Shown here in pieces: positions 63,881 through 64,000 of a DNA stretch of 64,000 nucleotides (positions within the stretch are counted from its first letter, which is position 1; every line of letters begins with the position of its first letter). Both the position numbers and the translations under genes were made by a program. A model generated the notes under the pieces. The model saw only the letters and a program-made list of their open reading frames with translations, was not told the DNA's origin and did no database searches. The DNA is from Eledone cirrhosa (taxonomy: Eukaryota), in contig OZ024756.1 in assembly GCA_964016885.1 (NCBI GenBank), positions 18,414,001 through 18,478,000 of the forward strand. Reading direction: 5' to 3'.

Positions 63881-64000
63881 GCGGCATTGGGCAGGGGAGA
63901 GCATAGGAGAGCGGAGAAAAGCAGGATGGAGAAGAGCAGAGGACGGGGGAGAAGAGAGGGGAGAGCATAGTAGTGGGGAGTAGGAGTAGTGTAGAACAGG

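Overview
Eukaryotic, extremely microsatellite-rich DNA. The repeat content (tRNA-derived SINEs, RTE and R4/Dong LINE tails, (TA)n/(GA)n/(CAC)n tracts) suggests a cephalopod such as octopus; this is inference. There is one real protein-coding gene, a minus-strand SLC6 (NSS) Na+/Cl- amino-acid transporter, glycine-transporter-like. Eight internal exons (10600-21960) join in frame with GT-AG sites and matching phases, and a candidate 24-nt start exon lies 22 kb upstream (44312-44335). Together they give 433 codons covering TM1-TM8; I found no TM9-12 exons in the window. Nearly all ORF-track entries are microsatellite artefacts. The most striking non-coding signal is a dense population of short elements inserted in (TA)n tracts. 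They fall into about ten unrelated sequence families, carry minimal hammerhead-ribozyme folds (CUGANGA...GAAA...UH, often with a palindromic stem III), and are often fold-back (inverted-repeat) insertions. This resembles Penelope-like/retrozyme termini, and several lie on the sense strand of the transporter's introns. Several minisatellites are traceable to pieces of the local retroposons. All structures were read by eye; no folding or database search was run.
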